A DNA stretch of 37,887 nt from Catajapyx aquilonaris (lineage: Eukaryota): assembly GCA_000934665.2 (NCBI GenBank), contig JYFJ02003781.1, positions 1 through 37,887 on the forward strand. The letters run 5' to 3'. The notes under the pieces are model-generated. The model was given only the letters and a program-made list of their open reading frames with translations, was not told where the DNA came from and did not search any database. The position numbers were made by a program, and so were the translations under genes. Numbering within the stretch: position 1 is the first letter of the stretch; each line of letters opens with the position of its first letter. Positions 24,601 through 34,159 of the stretch are shown here, piece by piece.

Positions 24601-27600
24601 GTGGGCAGCTCTGAGTCACTGCGCGACAGCCCTCCACCCCAAGATATATTATATATATATCTTGCTCCACCCCTCCCAGAGAATCCTTGCCCTTCCATTA
24701 GGACCCCAAATTATCAACTTTTGGACGGAATGTGTGAAAAAAGGTTGAATCCCTAACACACAGATGGTGCTTTATGGCCCAATTTGCCAACTTCCGCCCT
24801 TTTTCGGCCGAGAGGTGGTACTGGAGGAGCGAAATTTTTTCGTTATATGCGAACCGAAACCGAAAATCCTTTCGTTAAAAGCGGATATTTTTAACATGGG
24901 TTTATATGGGGCCTCTGATGGTCACAAATTTTCTTTCATTATAAGCGGATTTTCGTTATATCCGGATATGTTATAGAGGGATTCGACTGTACATTCAAAG
25001 TCCACATCTTTGACTGATCTGAATGTATATGGGTTTGGGTCACAGCTGACCAAGGACGCACTTGATAGGGGCAAATTTTTGAGGCTCCCCATGGGCCCAG
25101 TAGAAGAGGTATTATATTTGATTTTTTTTTAAATGTCACATTTAAAATTCATGGAAGCTGCACAAAACTTGTGCCAGGGGGTGCTCCCTGATGGTGTGGA
25201 TAATGAATGTATAATTTGACTGGGAAAACTTAAGGGGAACTCAAGGGAAAACTGAAGCATGATGAGTAATTCTTGTGTCATTGTACGAGGGGGAATCAAA
25301 TGAAAACGATAATTATTTTTTTACAATTGTTCTACTATAATAATGATTGTGACAACTACACTATTTTTCCACATAGTCCCCTTGGCGTTCAATGCAAGTG
25401 CGCCACCTGGTAGGAAGCACCTCAATACCGCGGGGAAAAAATTCTTTCGATTGAGCTCGTAGCCAGTTGTGCACCGCTGCTTCCACTTCATCATTGGACT
25501 GGAACTTCTTTCCTCCTAGGTCTGCTTTCAGTGGACCAAAGATGTGGTAATCAGATGGTGCTAAGTCGGGCGAGTACGGGGGATGTGGCAGACACTTCAG
25601 ACGCCACTTCTTCCAGTGTGACACAGCGGCTTTCTTGAATCAGTCCGTCCACTGCTGCTATGGACTCTGTTGTCACTGCGCAATGCGCCTGGCCAGGACG
25701 GGGGAGCATCAGACAAGTCTGTCGTACCTGGTGCGAAAAATTCGCAATAGGTACGACAGACTTGTCCCCGTATTTCAGGGCCATCCTGCGGTGGATTTCG
25801 ATTGGCTTAATCCCTTCACTCCACGAAAATATCACGACGGCCCGCTGTTCTTCTTTGGTGCACTTCGTAAGTGTCGCCGCCATCTTGTGATGGCTGTCGG
25901 CTGACTCCAATGCCATCTAGTGGCACCTACTTTTACTACTCGATCCACTATAGTTCTGCCATTGTGTATGTAAGGTTTCAAGCGGCCAGGACGATTTTTG
26001 GATTTTTCAGGACACTTTTATGGTTTTCATTTGATTCCCCCTCGTACTAGTTTGAGCTCCCACAACCATGGTTTATGTGTAACTAGGAAGACAAGTTTTG
26101 CAGTTGGGAACTGGGAGTTCGTATTTATGAATTCTGGCATCCAAATTAGGCTACCCATGTACAGTGCAGTACTGCTCATAAAGATTGGTATGACTCTATG
26201 GACAAAACATTTATCCTGACTGTCAGCAGTGTTCCCACCCTTATTTTGTCACGACCCTATGCACAATCTTTCCTCAACCTCTGGCGACCTGTATGACCCC
26301 CTCATCCCTCATCCCAATTTTTTCCCGAAATTTTTTATTACCAAATTGTTCAACCAGGTACAATACTTACGTAGATTAGAGATGAATTTTACCTCTAAAA
26401 TTTTCCTTCTTTGCCTTGCCATTTTTCTCTTTTTTCTTTTTTTCCATTCCCTTTACCTGGCCTTCCAGACCCTTTAAAACATGCTGGTGACACAGGGGTT
26501 GGGAACAGAATAAACATTTCATCCATAGACTCCTATTCTTTATGAGCGGTAGTGTACATGTCGCTCAAAACTTGGAACATTATTATTGGCAAATGTCAAA
26601 AGTAAACAAGCAGTGTTTGTTAAGGCCATTTCACAAAAAAAATGTCGCGCGGCAAACGGCGCGACTTGCGGCAAATTTTATTGTTGCCAACAATTGGCAA
26701 CAATAAATATAAATAAAAATTTGCCGCAAGTCGCGCCGTTTGCTGCGCGACATTTTTTTTGTGAAATGGCCTTTATCCTGCTATTAGTCCCTGCTATCTG
26801 GTGTTGTTACAATCCCATGTGACCAGTCAGTGCATGCAGGTATTTTCTGCTCAGAACTCGTACCTCAGACCCCCAAAATCTGACACTTTATTGATGGCCT
26901 GGAAATGGTGCAAAATCCTAACCTGGCAATTCCAGAATGTCAAGTCCCTGGTTTCACATAATGTGTAAATGGTAGTCATAATGAGCAATAATTGAGTACT
27001 TCTGAGCCTCAATGTAATTTAGATGCAGATTATTATTATTTTAGTAACTAAACTTCTATGCTTTTATGTAGGTTGAAGTGGATGATTACCAAAATTATGA
27101 AAAAGCTTTAAGTGCACTTCAAGAAGCTGAGCGTTGCTTGACTATTGCCAGTAGCAGAAGTGACAAAGATTTTTCTGAAAGAGAAGACATGCTGCAGATG
27201 AAGCTAAGTCTGGCAAAAAAAGTTATTGAAGCCAGAAGGTAAGTAATGATTGTTTACCTACAACAAACAAAGGCAATCTTTCCACTCTTTTGGCAGGATG
27301 TATAATACGGATCCAGGTGAATCAATGAACATGTGCCGAAAGCTGCTAGAAGACCGTGACCTGGATCACATTGTCCGACGAGGCGATGTGTACAGCTTTA
27401 TGGTGGAGCACTATGCCAGGGTTGAGAACTTCAAAACTGCAGACAACCTCTTAACAGAGATGGGCCTGGCTCTGCAAACCTCTGAATTTGACTGCTACTT
27501 GTCACCTGACACCATCCAGAGAATAGCTCGTGGAGTGAATCTTGATGCAGCGAAGACAGTAACAGAAAAAAGGACAGGCCAACCCCCTAGCACAGCTGAG

Positions 27601-27633
27601 GTGAAACCAAGGATTGCTGAAGCTGATAGATGA
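3412..27633 (+). CDS. IFT140: Intraflagellar transport protein 140 (IFT-A subunit), 20 exons in window, 5'-partial
   Basis: Spliced translation contains IFT140 hallmark segments ([22 protein letters not shown]....D..TRDAM.NFSF....[98 protein letters not shown]). All 19 introns are GT..AG and exon phases chain without a frameshift to TGA at 27631-27633 (3886 coding nt). Confidence 0.96.
4248..4530. mobile_element. piggyBac-like MITE, copy 1
   Basis: TIR CCCTGGAACC.TGCCGTG; flanks TTCA/TTAA; reverse complement of 28059-28332. Confidence 0.85.
4956..5131 (+). CDS. IFT140: IFT140 exon: [21 protein letters not shown]...ELQK
   Basis: ttccag acceptor, AAG|gtatga donor, open frame; absent from the ORF track. 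Confidence 0.9.
5186..5384 (+). CDS. IFT140: IFT140 exon: [10 protein letters not shown]...CLDFSHEY
   Basis: tttcag acceptor, G|gtaatg donor; WD40-like content. Confidence 0.9.
5941..6278 (-). mobile_element. SINE family A, copy A2 (tail X, poly(A) end)
   Basis: A and B boxes on the minus strand, shared core; 14-bp TSD GAAGTCAGAGTATT at 5927-5940 and 6279-6292. Confidence 0.92.
7012..7235 (+). CDS. IFT140: IFT140 exon: [16 protein letters not shown]...LKDQ
   Basis: tgttag acceptor, CAA|gtgagt donor. Confidence 0.92.
7298..7487 (+). CDS. IFT140: IFT140 exon: VSAIQVASD...SLRSC
   Basis: cttcag acceptor, G|gtaagt donor. Confidence 0.92.
7544..7763 (+). CDS. IFT140: IFT140 exon: GNFASEC...FQGTVKQTL...KIWDLAW
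   Basis: ttacag acceptor, AA|gtgagt donor. Confidence 0.93.
8641..8900. mobile_element. GC-rich palindromic (foldback) MITE-like element
   Basis: Arms 8641-8724 and 8817-8900 are near-perfect inverted repeats, with a further inner hairpin at ~8752-8818; no clear TSD. Confidence 0.75.
10221..10262. repeat. Perfect 42-bp spacerless palindrome
   Basis: GGGGGACCTGAGCTTATCAGT|ACTGATAAGCTCAGGTCCCCC. Confidence 0.95.
11767..11884 (+). CDS. IFT140: IFT140 exon: [40 protein letters not shown]
   Basis: tttcag acceptor, AAT|gtaact donor; matches the EAK.H...L......I.S.RCSS.G segment; not in the ORF track in this frame. Confidence 0.9.
11924..12741 (-). mobile_element. Internally deleted Ginger2/TDD-like DNA transposon (KRBA2-like Cys-rich C-terminus remnant)
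   Basis: ~65-bp imperfect TIR starting TGTTACGG, 4-bp TSD TATA; minus-strand remnant ISLREAA...[22 protein letters not shown]...NSKCH at 12156-12347. Confidence 0.75.
12780..12958 (+). CDS. IFT140: IFT140 exon: [27 protein letters not shown]...
   Basis: ttacag acceptor; donor TT|gtaagt at 12959 (a weaker same-phase gttgta donor lies 3 nt upstream). Confidence 0.9.
12966..13971. mobile_element. pogo/Tigger-like MITE interrupted by SINE A3
   Basis: TA|CAGGAAAACTTATATAAGTCGAA ... TTCGACTTATAGAAGTTTTACTG|TA; repeated ATAA.TCGAA motifs. Confidence 0.8.
13030..13435 (-). mobile_element. SINE family A, copy A3 (tail Y, long (ATT)n end)
   Basis: A and B boxes, core; 18-bp TSD TAAGTTGAAGAAAATAAT at 13012-13029 and 13436-13453. 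Confidence 0.92.
14201..14614. mobile_element. Tc2/pogo-like MITE
   Basis: TA|CCGTATTTA...CATATAAGACGCAC ... GTGCGTCTTATATG...TAAATACGG|TA; NNN within a poly-C run at 14404-14406. Confidence 0.82.
14684..14840 (+). CDS. IFT140: IFT140 exon: VISDVSS...[15 protein letters not shown]...TLNE
   Basis: ctctag acceptor, GAG|gtatta donor. Confidence 0.88.
14905..15054 (+). CDS. IFT140: IFT140 exon: [15 protein letters not shown]...RKKDRLEV
   Basis: tcttag acceptor; GTG|gtgggt donor of a 54-nt in-frame intron (could read through to 15266). Confidence 0.85.
15109..15266 (+). CDS. IFT140: IFT140 exon: [17 protein letters not shown]...[14 protein letters not shown]
   Basis: tttcag acceptor, AG|gtatag donor; highly conserved motif. 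Confidence 0.92.
15323..15503 (+). CDS. IFT140: IFT140 exon: [21 protein letters not shown]...HLGML
   Basis: tattag acceptor, TTG|gtaagt donor; signature motif. Confidence 0.95.
15592..15695. repeat. (AAT)n tract abutting a (TTA)n tract
   Basis: Direct reading; orientation switches at ~15670. Confidence 0.9.
15671..16011 (-). mobile_element. SINE family A, copy A4 (tail Z, (TAA)n end; B box deleted)
   Basis: Head GGGGAGACGGAGTGGCGCTGTGGTAAC and core present; ~30 nt including the B box missing; AAT repeats on both flanks. Confidence 0.88.
16060..16435. mobile_element. Tc1/mariner-type MITE with ~165-bp inverted arms
   Basis: TA|CAGGGTGGTCCAACTTTTTTGTCCGAACAGCTAT ... and its reverse complement |TA. 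Confidence 0.9.
16960..19464. mobile_element. Old Tigger/pogo-like element hosting nested insertions
   Basis: TA|CAG(AG)GTACTCCTTGTTTTAC ... GTAAAACAAGGAGTACCTG|TA; both ends carry GTGAAAAGGT.TAAAACGAA. Confidence 0.6.
17724..18738. mobile_element. 1-kb foldback element (~470-bp arms, ~80-bp spacer), TA-flanked
   Basis: 17720-18191 vs 18271-18742 inverted, about 12 mismatches by eye; TA|CTATCCGT ... ACGGATAG|TA. Confidence 0.9.
19899..20339 (-). mobile_element. Helitron 3' fragment (degenerate PIF1-like helicase C-terminus plus terminus)
   Basis: Minus strand [13 protein letters not shown]...[10 protein letters not shown]...[10 protein letters not shown], followed by a small hairpin GCCA-AATTT-TGGC, then TACGGGTGAG-CTAG|T. 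Confidence 0.85.
20528..20779 (+). mobile_element. tRNA-derived SINE with V-domain-like core (tail X)
   Basis: A box GGTGGCAGAGTGG, B box AGTTCGATCCC, core CCGTGTTCGCGTGGGTTTTCTCGGGG..TTCCGTTTCCTCCCACA; 13-bp TSD ACTGTCATCTGTT at 20515-20527 and 20780-20792. Confidence 0.82.
21228..21392. repeat. Degenerate tandem array of GGCGGTAA-core units (~16-20-nt period)
   Basis: About 9 spaced GGCGG(T/G)AA or G(A/G)CTGTAA cores; likely a subterminal repeat block of a DNA transposon. Confidence 0.6.
21572..22002. mobile_element. Partial non-autonomous DNA transposon with internal inverted repeats
   Basis: 21572-21608 is inverted at 21654-21690 and partly again at 21703-21729; right end ...GAGGACATCCC|TTAA; left end not found. 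Confidence 0.4.
22346..22511 (+). CDS. IFT140: IFT140 exon: EEAETLL...[20 protein letters not shown]
   Basis: tttcag acceptor, G|gtaggt donor; absent from the ORF track. Confidence 0.94.
22569..22689 (+). CDS. IFT140: IFT140 exon: [27 protein letters not shown]...AKD
   Basis: ttccag acceptor, AA|gtaagt donor. Confidence 0.94.
22749..23025 (+). CDS. IFT140: IFT140 exon: [14 protein letters not shown]...NAIRMCQ
   Basis: ttgcag acceptor, CAG|gtaagt donor; TPR region. Confidence 0.95.
23145..23314 (+). CDS. IFT140: IFT140 exon: [14 protein letters not shown]...[17 protein letters not shown]
   Basis: gaacag acceptor after a T tract, AG|gtgagt donor. Confidence 0.94.
23372..23711 (+). CDS. IFT140: IFT140 exon: [15 protein letters not shown]...KKFTQAGNV
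   Basis: ttgtag acceptor, GTA|gtaagt donor. Confidence 0.94.
23773..23991 (+). CDS. IFT140: IFT140 exon: [16 protein letters not shown]...FYECCAQ
   Basis: tttcag acceptor, CAG|gtatgt donor. Confidence 0.95.
24258..24989. mobile_element. pogo/Tigger-like MITE
   Basis: Perfect 20-bp TIR CAGTCGAATCCCTCTATAAC, TA TSD, subterminal TTCGTTA(T/A)A repeats. Confidence 0.88.
25286..26044 (-). mobile_element. Internally deleted mariner element (transposase pseudogene)
   Basis: Perfect 22-bp TIR CGAGGGGGAATCAAATGAAAAC, TA TSD; N-terminal [19 protein letters not shown]...YG joined to C-terminal [19 protein letters not shown]...GDYVEK. Confidence 0.93.
26167..26554. mobile_element. Composite MITE, copy 1 (Tc1/mariner-like outer TIR, hAT-like inner ends)
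   Basis: ~50-bp imperfect TIR CAGT..GCTCATAAAGA.TGG...; homologous along its length to 32849-33231. Confidence 0.7.
26623..26772. mobile_element. PIF/Harbinger (Tourist-like) MITE
   Basis: ~58-bp TIR AGGCCATTTCACAAAAAAAATGTCGCGC..., 3-bp TSD TTA. Confidence 0.88.
27072..27238 (+). CDS. IFT140: IFT140 exon: [23 protein letters not shown]...VIEAR
   Basis: atgtag acceptor, AG|gtaagt donor; absent from the ORF track. Confidence 0.94.
27297..27633 (+). CDS. IFT140: IFT140 probable terminal exon: [10 protein letters not shown]...[14 protein letters not shown]...EADR*
   Basis: tggcag acceptor, open to TGA at 27631-27633. A weak GAG|gtgaaa donor at 27601 means a further small exon cannot be excluded. 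Confidence 0.85.
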
Positions 27634-27660
27634 ATGTTGCAAGGAAAGGTTCAGATATAA

Positions 27661-27687
27661 GATGATGATAAATAATAATGACGATAA

Positions 27688-27755
<68 letters not shown>
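27661..27755. repeat. (AAT)n microsatellite just downstream of the IFT140 stop
   Basis: Direct reading. Confidence 0.9.
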
Positions 27756-27756
<1 letters not shown>

Positions 27757-28058
27757 TAACTATGATTCTGTTTCACACTTCCTGCAGTCATCATATATCA
27801 GTTTATACTTATAAACTTTTGATTCTCAAAGCTCCTCTTTGGTGATGTGTTGGGTAGCTGAAAGTGCATGACAGTGTGGTTATTAACCCAGATATGCTGA
27901 GTGTCCCCTATAGGGGACACTTGCACAGTTGTTCTATTTTAATTTTTTTACGCTGGTTCTTCTGCTGTTAAAGAGCTGGCAGTAGTCACGGGGGCTTCAG
28001 GAGAGTCCCAGCTAATGATGCAAGTTCAAACCTGCTTAATATTTCTTCAGATTTTTAA

Positions 28059-28332
28059 CCCTGGAACCGTGCCGTGCCTATGAGTATTATGGCAACCGTG
28101 CCGTGGGGTCTTTTCGGACCCCACCATATTTTAATTTTTATTAATTATACTTTTCAATGTATTGACTATATACAATCATTCTTTGAACTATGCCTAAAAG
28201 GATCGCTAATTCAAAATAAACCTGGACTTCCTGTTATATACTGTAGAAAAATGGCAAAAGTTCATTGTAATTATCATTTTAATGCATTTTTTCCCTTGGG
28301 GTACAAAAAGACCCCACGGCACGGTTCCAGGG
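28059..28332. mobile_element. piggyBac-like MITE, copy 2
   Basis: TTAA|CCCTGGAACCGTGCCGTG ... CACGGCACGGTTCCAGGG|TTGA. Confidence 0.87.
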
Positions 28333-28499
28333 TTGAGACGCAGGTGTTTGAATTTTAACTGAGGAAATAATGGCTGCACCTTCATGTTCCGAATGTGATT
28401 AGTAATTAATTCTCGAATATTTATTAATGTTATGAGTTATTTATTGTTTGTAATACTTAGAAAACTTATGAATGATGTCGATGGGGAAATATAGGCATA

Positions 28500-29580
28500 T
28501 TTTTTACTTTCCTTGTCTGACTGAGAGTAGTATTGAAATCTGGTGTCCCCTAGGGGGAACACAAGCGGCAAATGCACCCACATTTGGACAAGTAAAGTAT
28601 GTGTGGATTTTGTATGCTTTGTTGAACTGTATTTTAATGAATCCATACAATGGGGAACTAGCCTTCATTTTGGAAACTACATAATAAATTCGCCCATATT
28701 TTTTGGATTTTTTTGGCGTATTCCGTTTTAAGATATCAGTTTCAGTTCCGGAGATATTGGCGTTTTTTTCGTAGGCAAATGGTGACGTCACTGTTTGCCT
28801 CGAAAATGTTGACGTCACGCGAAGTGAAATGAACGCAAAAATGATGTTATAGAACGCGCCCCGGCAGAGTCGTAAAATGCTTCGTTGTACTGTGCTGGAC
28901 ACGGCTGGACATTTTAGCAGTCCAAGTGTTTACTTAGTTGCCAGGTAACGGGCGAGTTTTTACTCTAAGCCGCTCAAACTGCTTTGTACGTGGCAGTGAT
29001 GCCACCAGGTCGGAAATATCTGTCTTCCGAATTAGGCACATAAAGGCCCCCTTTCTCCACCTCGATGGCCTAAAGCCGCCTTACAAGTGCTTTCCGTCGT
29101 GTCCGCGGTTAATTCAAAGTCAAATTCCTCATATCTCGCAGTCAACCAGTCATTTCAGTGTACCCTTTCGATTGGCACCACCCGGCTGCCTCGTTTTTCC
29201 CGCCGATTTTGAAGGCACTTTTAAATGTGCCGTAATTTATCCAGTAATGTCATTTTGATGCAACAGAGTGATGGAATGTATGTTTACAGGCATGGGCTAG
29301 CTAGTTATGAACAAAAATCCCAAATCCCAGACCAAGGCTACTTCCCCATTAAACTTAGATTACATGGCAATTGGTTAACATGGCAGCCGTTGCAACAATC
29401 CTTGATTGTTGTTGATTGTTACTCAATCACAACCCATCCTTTGCACAGCCTGTTTCCGTGGTAATGCAATCGACAACAATCAATCATTGGTGATGTTATG
29501 AAACTATGGATATTGCTGAATGTCACTGTTGCCATGGTAATGTAATCAACAACTGTTATAGCCACACTAGGTTACATTTT
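28500..29580 (+). mobile_element. Possible Helentron/DINE-like non-autonomous element
   Basis: CpG-rich block beginning TTTTTACTTTCC and ending CACACTAGGTTACA|TTTT within T runs; single copy, so boundaries are inferred. Confidence 0.3.
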
Positions 29581-30137
29581 CCTAGCATCCCATAATTATA
29601 GGGAACGGCCATTTTCTCGCAAACAAGAATTCAGAAAAATGTTTTATCTCAATTTTTGTGTTTTGGGAGCTAATATGAACTAATAGAAACAAAAAAAGTT
29701 CGAAAATTCAACAAAAACTTTTCCCAGCATAATTGGGTTAATTGTAGCAGCATGTGCATGCAAAAGTCTAGTCCTTACTTTGTGTGGTCCATGTGGTACT
29801 ATTGGTGTGGAAATGGTCTGTACACTTGTGGGTAGGCTGAGGGTTATGCTGACCACCAAACAAGTGCACCAAGTGATTCTTGTGCAAGTCTGAAAAGTAA
29901 TAAATTTCAGACTTACAAAAGAATCACTTGGTGCACTCAATTGGTGGCCAGCATAACCCTCACTGTCATCTACCCCTAAGTGTCTGGACCATTTCCTTGC
30001 TGATAGTACATGAAGAGATACAGTACAAAGCTTTAGTCTGCATAGTTGCAGTGTTTATTGTTGGTCTGAGGCCAAAGAATTATGATTGTTTCAGTCTTTT
30101 GCCAAAGAATGTGCAGAGTGACAACTGCTGGCATTAA

Positions 30138-30720
30138 GGGAGGGATAAAGAGAATCTGTACCCTCTATCGGCCAAAAACAGAACCCTTGTGCCCCACATT
30201 CCTTCCCTCCCCGCTGTCTTCTCCCTGCCTCCCCCAAAATAATGTTCCAATTTTTGGGTGGAAAACCTAAAAGCTGTAAATGACCTTCGTATACAATGGC
30301 CAAGGGGTGGTCTCAGTGGATTTATTGCACGTGGTTTATGGCACGTGGGAAGAATTAGGAGTGTCAAGAACGGTGGCCTACTGCAAGTAGTTCTCAAAAG
30401 CGGTGGTGCTGGCTTACAAATGGAGTCATATTTTGACAAAATTATTTTTTGCCAAAAATATATAGCTAAACTTAAAATTAGGATCTGGAGATCAGGAGCA
30501 CCCCTTCTTTGCGAATTTTTTGGTGCTTGTTATGACTACACTTTAAATTTCACAATGGTGTAAAACTTCCGCATTCAACTTGTTATTTAAAATATTCCAT
30601 TAATAATATGGAAAAAGTATCCAGGACACATGTAAGAGTCAGTTACACTTACACAGAAAAAATTGTGCCTCTGGTATTGTTAGCGAGAATTATACTTCAA
30701 AATTCTCTTTATCCCCCCCC
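30138..30720. mobile_element. Non-autonomous DNA transposon, TTAA TSD (Kolobok-like)
   Basis: TTAA|GGGAGGGATAAAGAGAAT ... ATTCTCTTTATCCCCCCCC|TTAA. Confidence 0.78.
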
Positions 30721-30754
30721 TTAATAGTGTGTGATTTCAATATGCAGAAAACTA

Positions 30755-31607
30755 CCTGGGGTCATCCACGGCCCCCTAGAGACGAGGCCCGGGCGCCGCA
30801 ATCATGATGCCACACTGGGAGGCGAGCTCCAAGCGGACTATGGCGGGAGCACATTTTTATACACGTTTTCTTTATTATCTTCATACCAATGCATTGGAGG
30901 ATCATAACACCCTCTAATTTATATCTGGGAAATGGTTTGGTGATTCCAACGATGTGAAAAAATCATAGGCCTACATGTTTTTGTTTGACAGTAGCAAATG
31001 ATGCGGGAGAACCCAGCTGGCCTTTGTCCAGATGTCAATCACTTCCTAATTGGGCTCATACCCTGCGTGGCCCAATAACTTTCAGATGTTTTTAACTCTC
31101 ACACATTCTGTAGACCAGTGTTTCATGAGACAGCAGTGTTGGGTATGTACTGTATGTATTATATGTTGTGTAATGTGCTAATTTTGCTTCAGTGATTATG
31201 AGTATAACTTCCATATTATGTTTGGACTCTTTCCGCAAAATAGGAAAGATGAAATAAGATTAAAATTAATACTTTATAATTTAAAACCCCATTGTTATTT
31301 ATTCTTGCACTTTCTTCCTCATGCCTAACATCCTTCATCTTATATCGCCGAATATACAGACACATTGCGCACATACTAAATCGAATTTGGTGCCATTGGA
31401 ATCCCCACATTATTTCCCTGACATCAATTAGAGGGTGTCATGGGCCTCCGATGCATTGGTATGACGCAATTCGCGGAAATGTGTACAAAAACGTGCTCCC
31501 ACCATGTAGCCCGCTTATGGAAAAGCTCACTTCCTATCGTGATGTCACAGCGTTCCACCCATTCCCGTGCCCTGGCCTTGTCTCTAGGGGCCGTGGGTCA
31601 TCCCAGG
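30755..31607. mobile_element. Old element with ~200-bp diverged inverted arms
   Basis: 30755-30950 aligns in reverse complement to ~31395-31607 (CCACGGCCCCTAGAGAC, TCATACCAATGCAT.GGAGG, ACACCCTCTAATT). Confidence 0.65.
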
Positions 31608-32848
31608 ATTGTGGTTGGCAAAATCAATTAGAACAGACTTCGAATAGAAGCTAAGACCTGTCCAGCATTCTTACACTATCTCTGGTAGCTGGAATTTGAA
31701 TAGGGTAGGCCAATTACATAGAGATGTGCAAACTACAAAGCTGCAGTGTTACATCATACTGTTCAAGCAGTGTGGGATTATTTTAAGGAGCGTAATTTCA
31801 TCACATAGGTAGTAATTAAATAAACATTGTGGATGACCAAAACATCACTCATACGAGCCTGTGTTTGATGGTGATTTTACAAGCTGACATATAACAGATG
31901 TGTTAGGAATAAATTGCATTCAGACATTCACTTCATGTATGATCACAGCTCAGACCCATGGTGTCACACAACCTATTTTCCCTCCCTCTGCCCCAGGCAT
32001 TTTACAATCATGGATGCAAGTATTCTGCAATGCAATTGGGGAACTGCTTTTGGGAGTAGGGGGCACAGCATGCAGGGTTGGGGGGGAGGTGGTGTCAATT
32101 ACAAACCTTTAGCATGGATAAAATCTGGTTTAGTGCAATGGTCTTCATCAATTTTTTTGTTGGGAAACCTTCATGTTTTACATAAACTTTGTTGGAAGCC
32201 TGTACCAGGGAGCATATACTACATGTAGTATAATTATGCTCTCTGCCTGTACAATATTGCCCAGTGACACCATGTGTATCACTAAGTAACAGCACAATAC
32301 TTTCTAATTTATTACATGCATGTGGTTGACTTTCAGTTTCTGCTTTTCTGCCATGAGAATAATGGACCAACGAAGAATTTCCAATATTGATATTAGAATT
32401 TTTAACTTATTAATGAAGCCCAGCCATACCACAAATATCTTCACAGAACCCTTCAGAAAGGCCTGTGGAATTGAAAGTTCTATGGAAAACTGGTTGAAGA
32501 AAACTGGTTGGATTCATGTACAAAAGCAACTGAGTGTGCCACCAAAATTATTGCACATTTCCATACGTGGAAATATTGGTAGTCCACACACATATTTGTA
32601 AGCACATTTTGTTACGCTGTCGTAATTCCAAAGCTGTGCCTTTTGGCTATGGTCCTCTTCCATAGAATGAGAATTGTGATAGCTTTGCAAAATTTCATTA
32701 CGTAAGTTATGTGTGTGTGGGAAGAGTAATGATATTTTCATACATGCAGACAATCACAATTTGGTTGGATTTGTATGTCAATCCATAATGCACTATGCTG
32801 CCTTGTTTGACATTCTTTAAGTATTTCACTTGTTCCGTCCATGATGTA

Positions 32849-33231
32849 CAGTCCAGCTCGTAAAGACTGGTATGACTATGGACGAAATGTTTATCCTCAA
32901 TATCCAGCAGTGTTCCCAACCTTATTTTGATGCAACCCTATGGACAACCTTTTCTGGATCTTTGGCGACTCTTATGACCCATTCCGATTTTGTCTGCAAT
33001 TTTTAATTACCAATATGTTCAACCAGGTGCAATGCTTACCTCAGTTTGATGTGAATTTCCCCCCTAAAATTTTCCTAATTTGCTTTGTTTTTTCTTTTCC
33101 TTTTTACTTTATTTTGATTCCCTTTTCCCAGACTTCCTTGCAACACTTAAAATCATGCTGGCAACCCAGGGGTTGGGAACAGGATAAACATTTTGTCCAC
33201 AGAGTTGTACCATTCTTTATGAGCGTTACTG
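32849..33231. mobile_element. Composite MITE, copy 2
   Basis: TA|CAGTCCAGCTCGTAAAGA ... TCTTTATGAGCGTTACTG|TA; inner CAGTGTTCCCAACC ... GGTTGGGAACA. Confidence 0.75.
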
Positions 33232-33834
33232 TACCTATTGATGACACTTTCAGTGTGAACACAGAGTATATTATTTTTTAATCTACATTCACGAATAATG
33301 TTGAGTATGCTGGCAGAATGTTGGATGCCATTTCATGGATAGAATCTTGAAAATCTGATTTTTATCATTATTGATGAGCTTTTAAAAGTATGATGCAAAT
33401 GGTCATTGATGGTGTTTAGATATGTTATCAGTAGACACTGAAACATTTGACAACCAAAAAATAAGCTGAAAAATAATGAGTGGCTGCCAAAGAACCAGGA
33501 AAACCTGCTACTAAGTTTTGGTAATTTTCACAATCTGGCTTGCAACAGCAGTTCAACATGGTGGCAAATGCCTAGACATGACATTAACTGCTCCAGAAGT
33601 GGCAACTTAAGAAACAACAGCAGGGAAGCCATAAGTCGGGGTATACGTAAACCAGGGACTTCCTGTAAATTATCAAGTAAAAATGCAAAATGTGAACTGT
33701 TTGAATACGGACATAGGGCCTCAAATAGCTTCATGTTTAAGCACATGTCACACAATCAAGATTCAGAATTAAGGACCAAACTGCATCAACACTGTTGCCA
33801 TTAGTAAGCAAGTTGCAGCAAAAATGGTAAAATG

Positions 33835-34040
33835 GTGATGTTATTTGCACCTATAGCAATGCCTATGTTAGGAGGTCTTGGAATTAAATACCCGATCAGT
33901 TTGGATCATCCTAACAAGGGTTTTACATGGCTTCCTCTGATTCCCTCCATGACAAGATATTATGGGACGGTTTGATTTCATATAGGCTGTTATACCCTTA
34001 CTTCTCACCTTTATCATTCATTGACACTCCCCCCTCCCCC
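33835..34040 (+). mobile_element. Highly degenerate SINE related to 35785-36081
   Basis: GGAGGTCTTGGAATTAAATACC (decayed B-box region) followed by GGTTTTACATGGCTTCC...CCCTCCA...ATAGGC. Confidence 0.4.
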
Positions 34041-34159
34041 TCTCCAACTGAAACCAATAAATTATAAAGAAGTGGAAAATCATTCCCAAAACCAATGATG
34101 CCCATGATGTTAAGTGCCATAGCTGTCTTTTGGAAGCTGTTCTAATCAGCCATGTAGGT

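Noticed and set aside
32336..33800. Second host gene downstream (splice-like signals at 32336-32597 + and ~33605-33660 -)
   Set aside because: Isolated candidate exons with no recognisable homology and no chain of compatible neighbours; RNA-seq would be needed.
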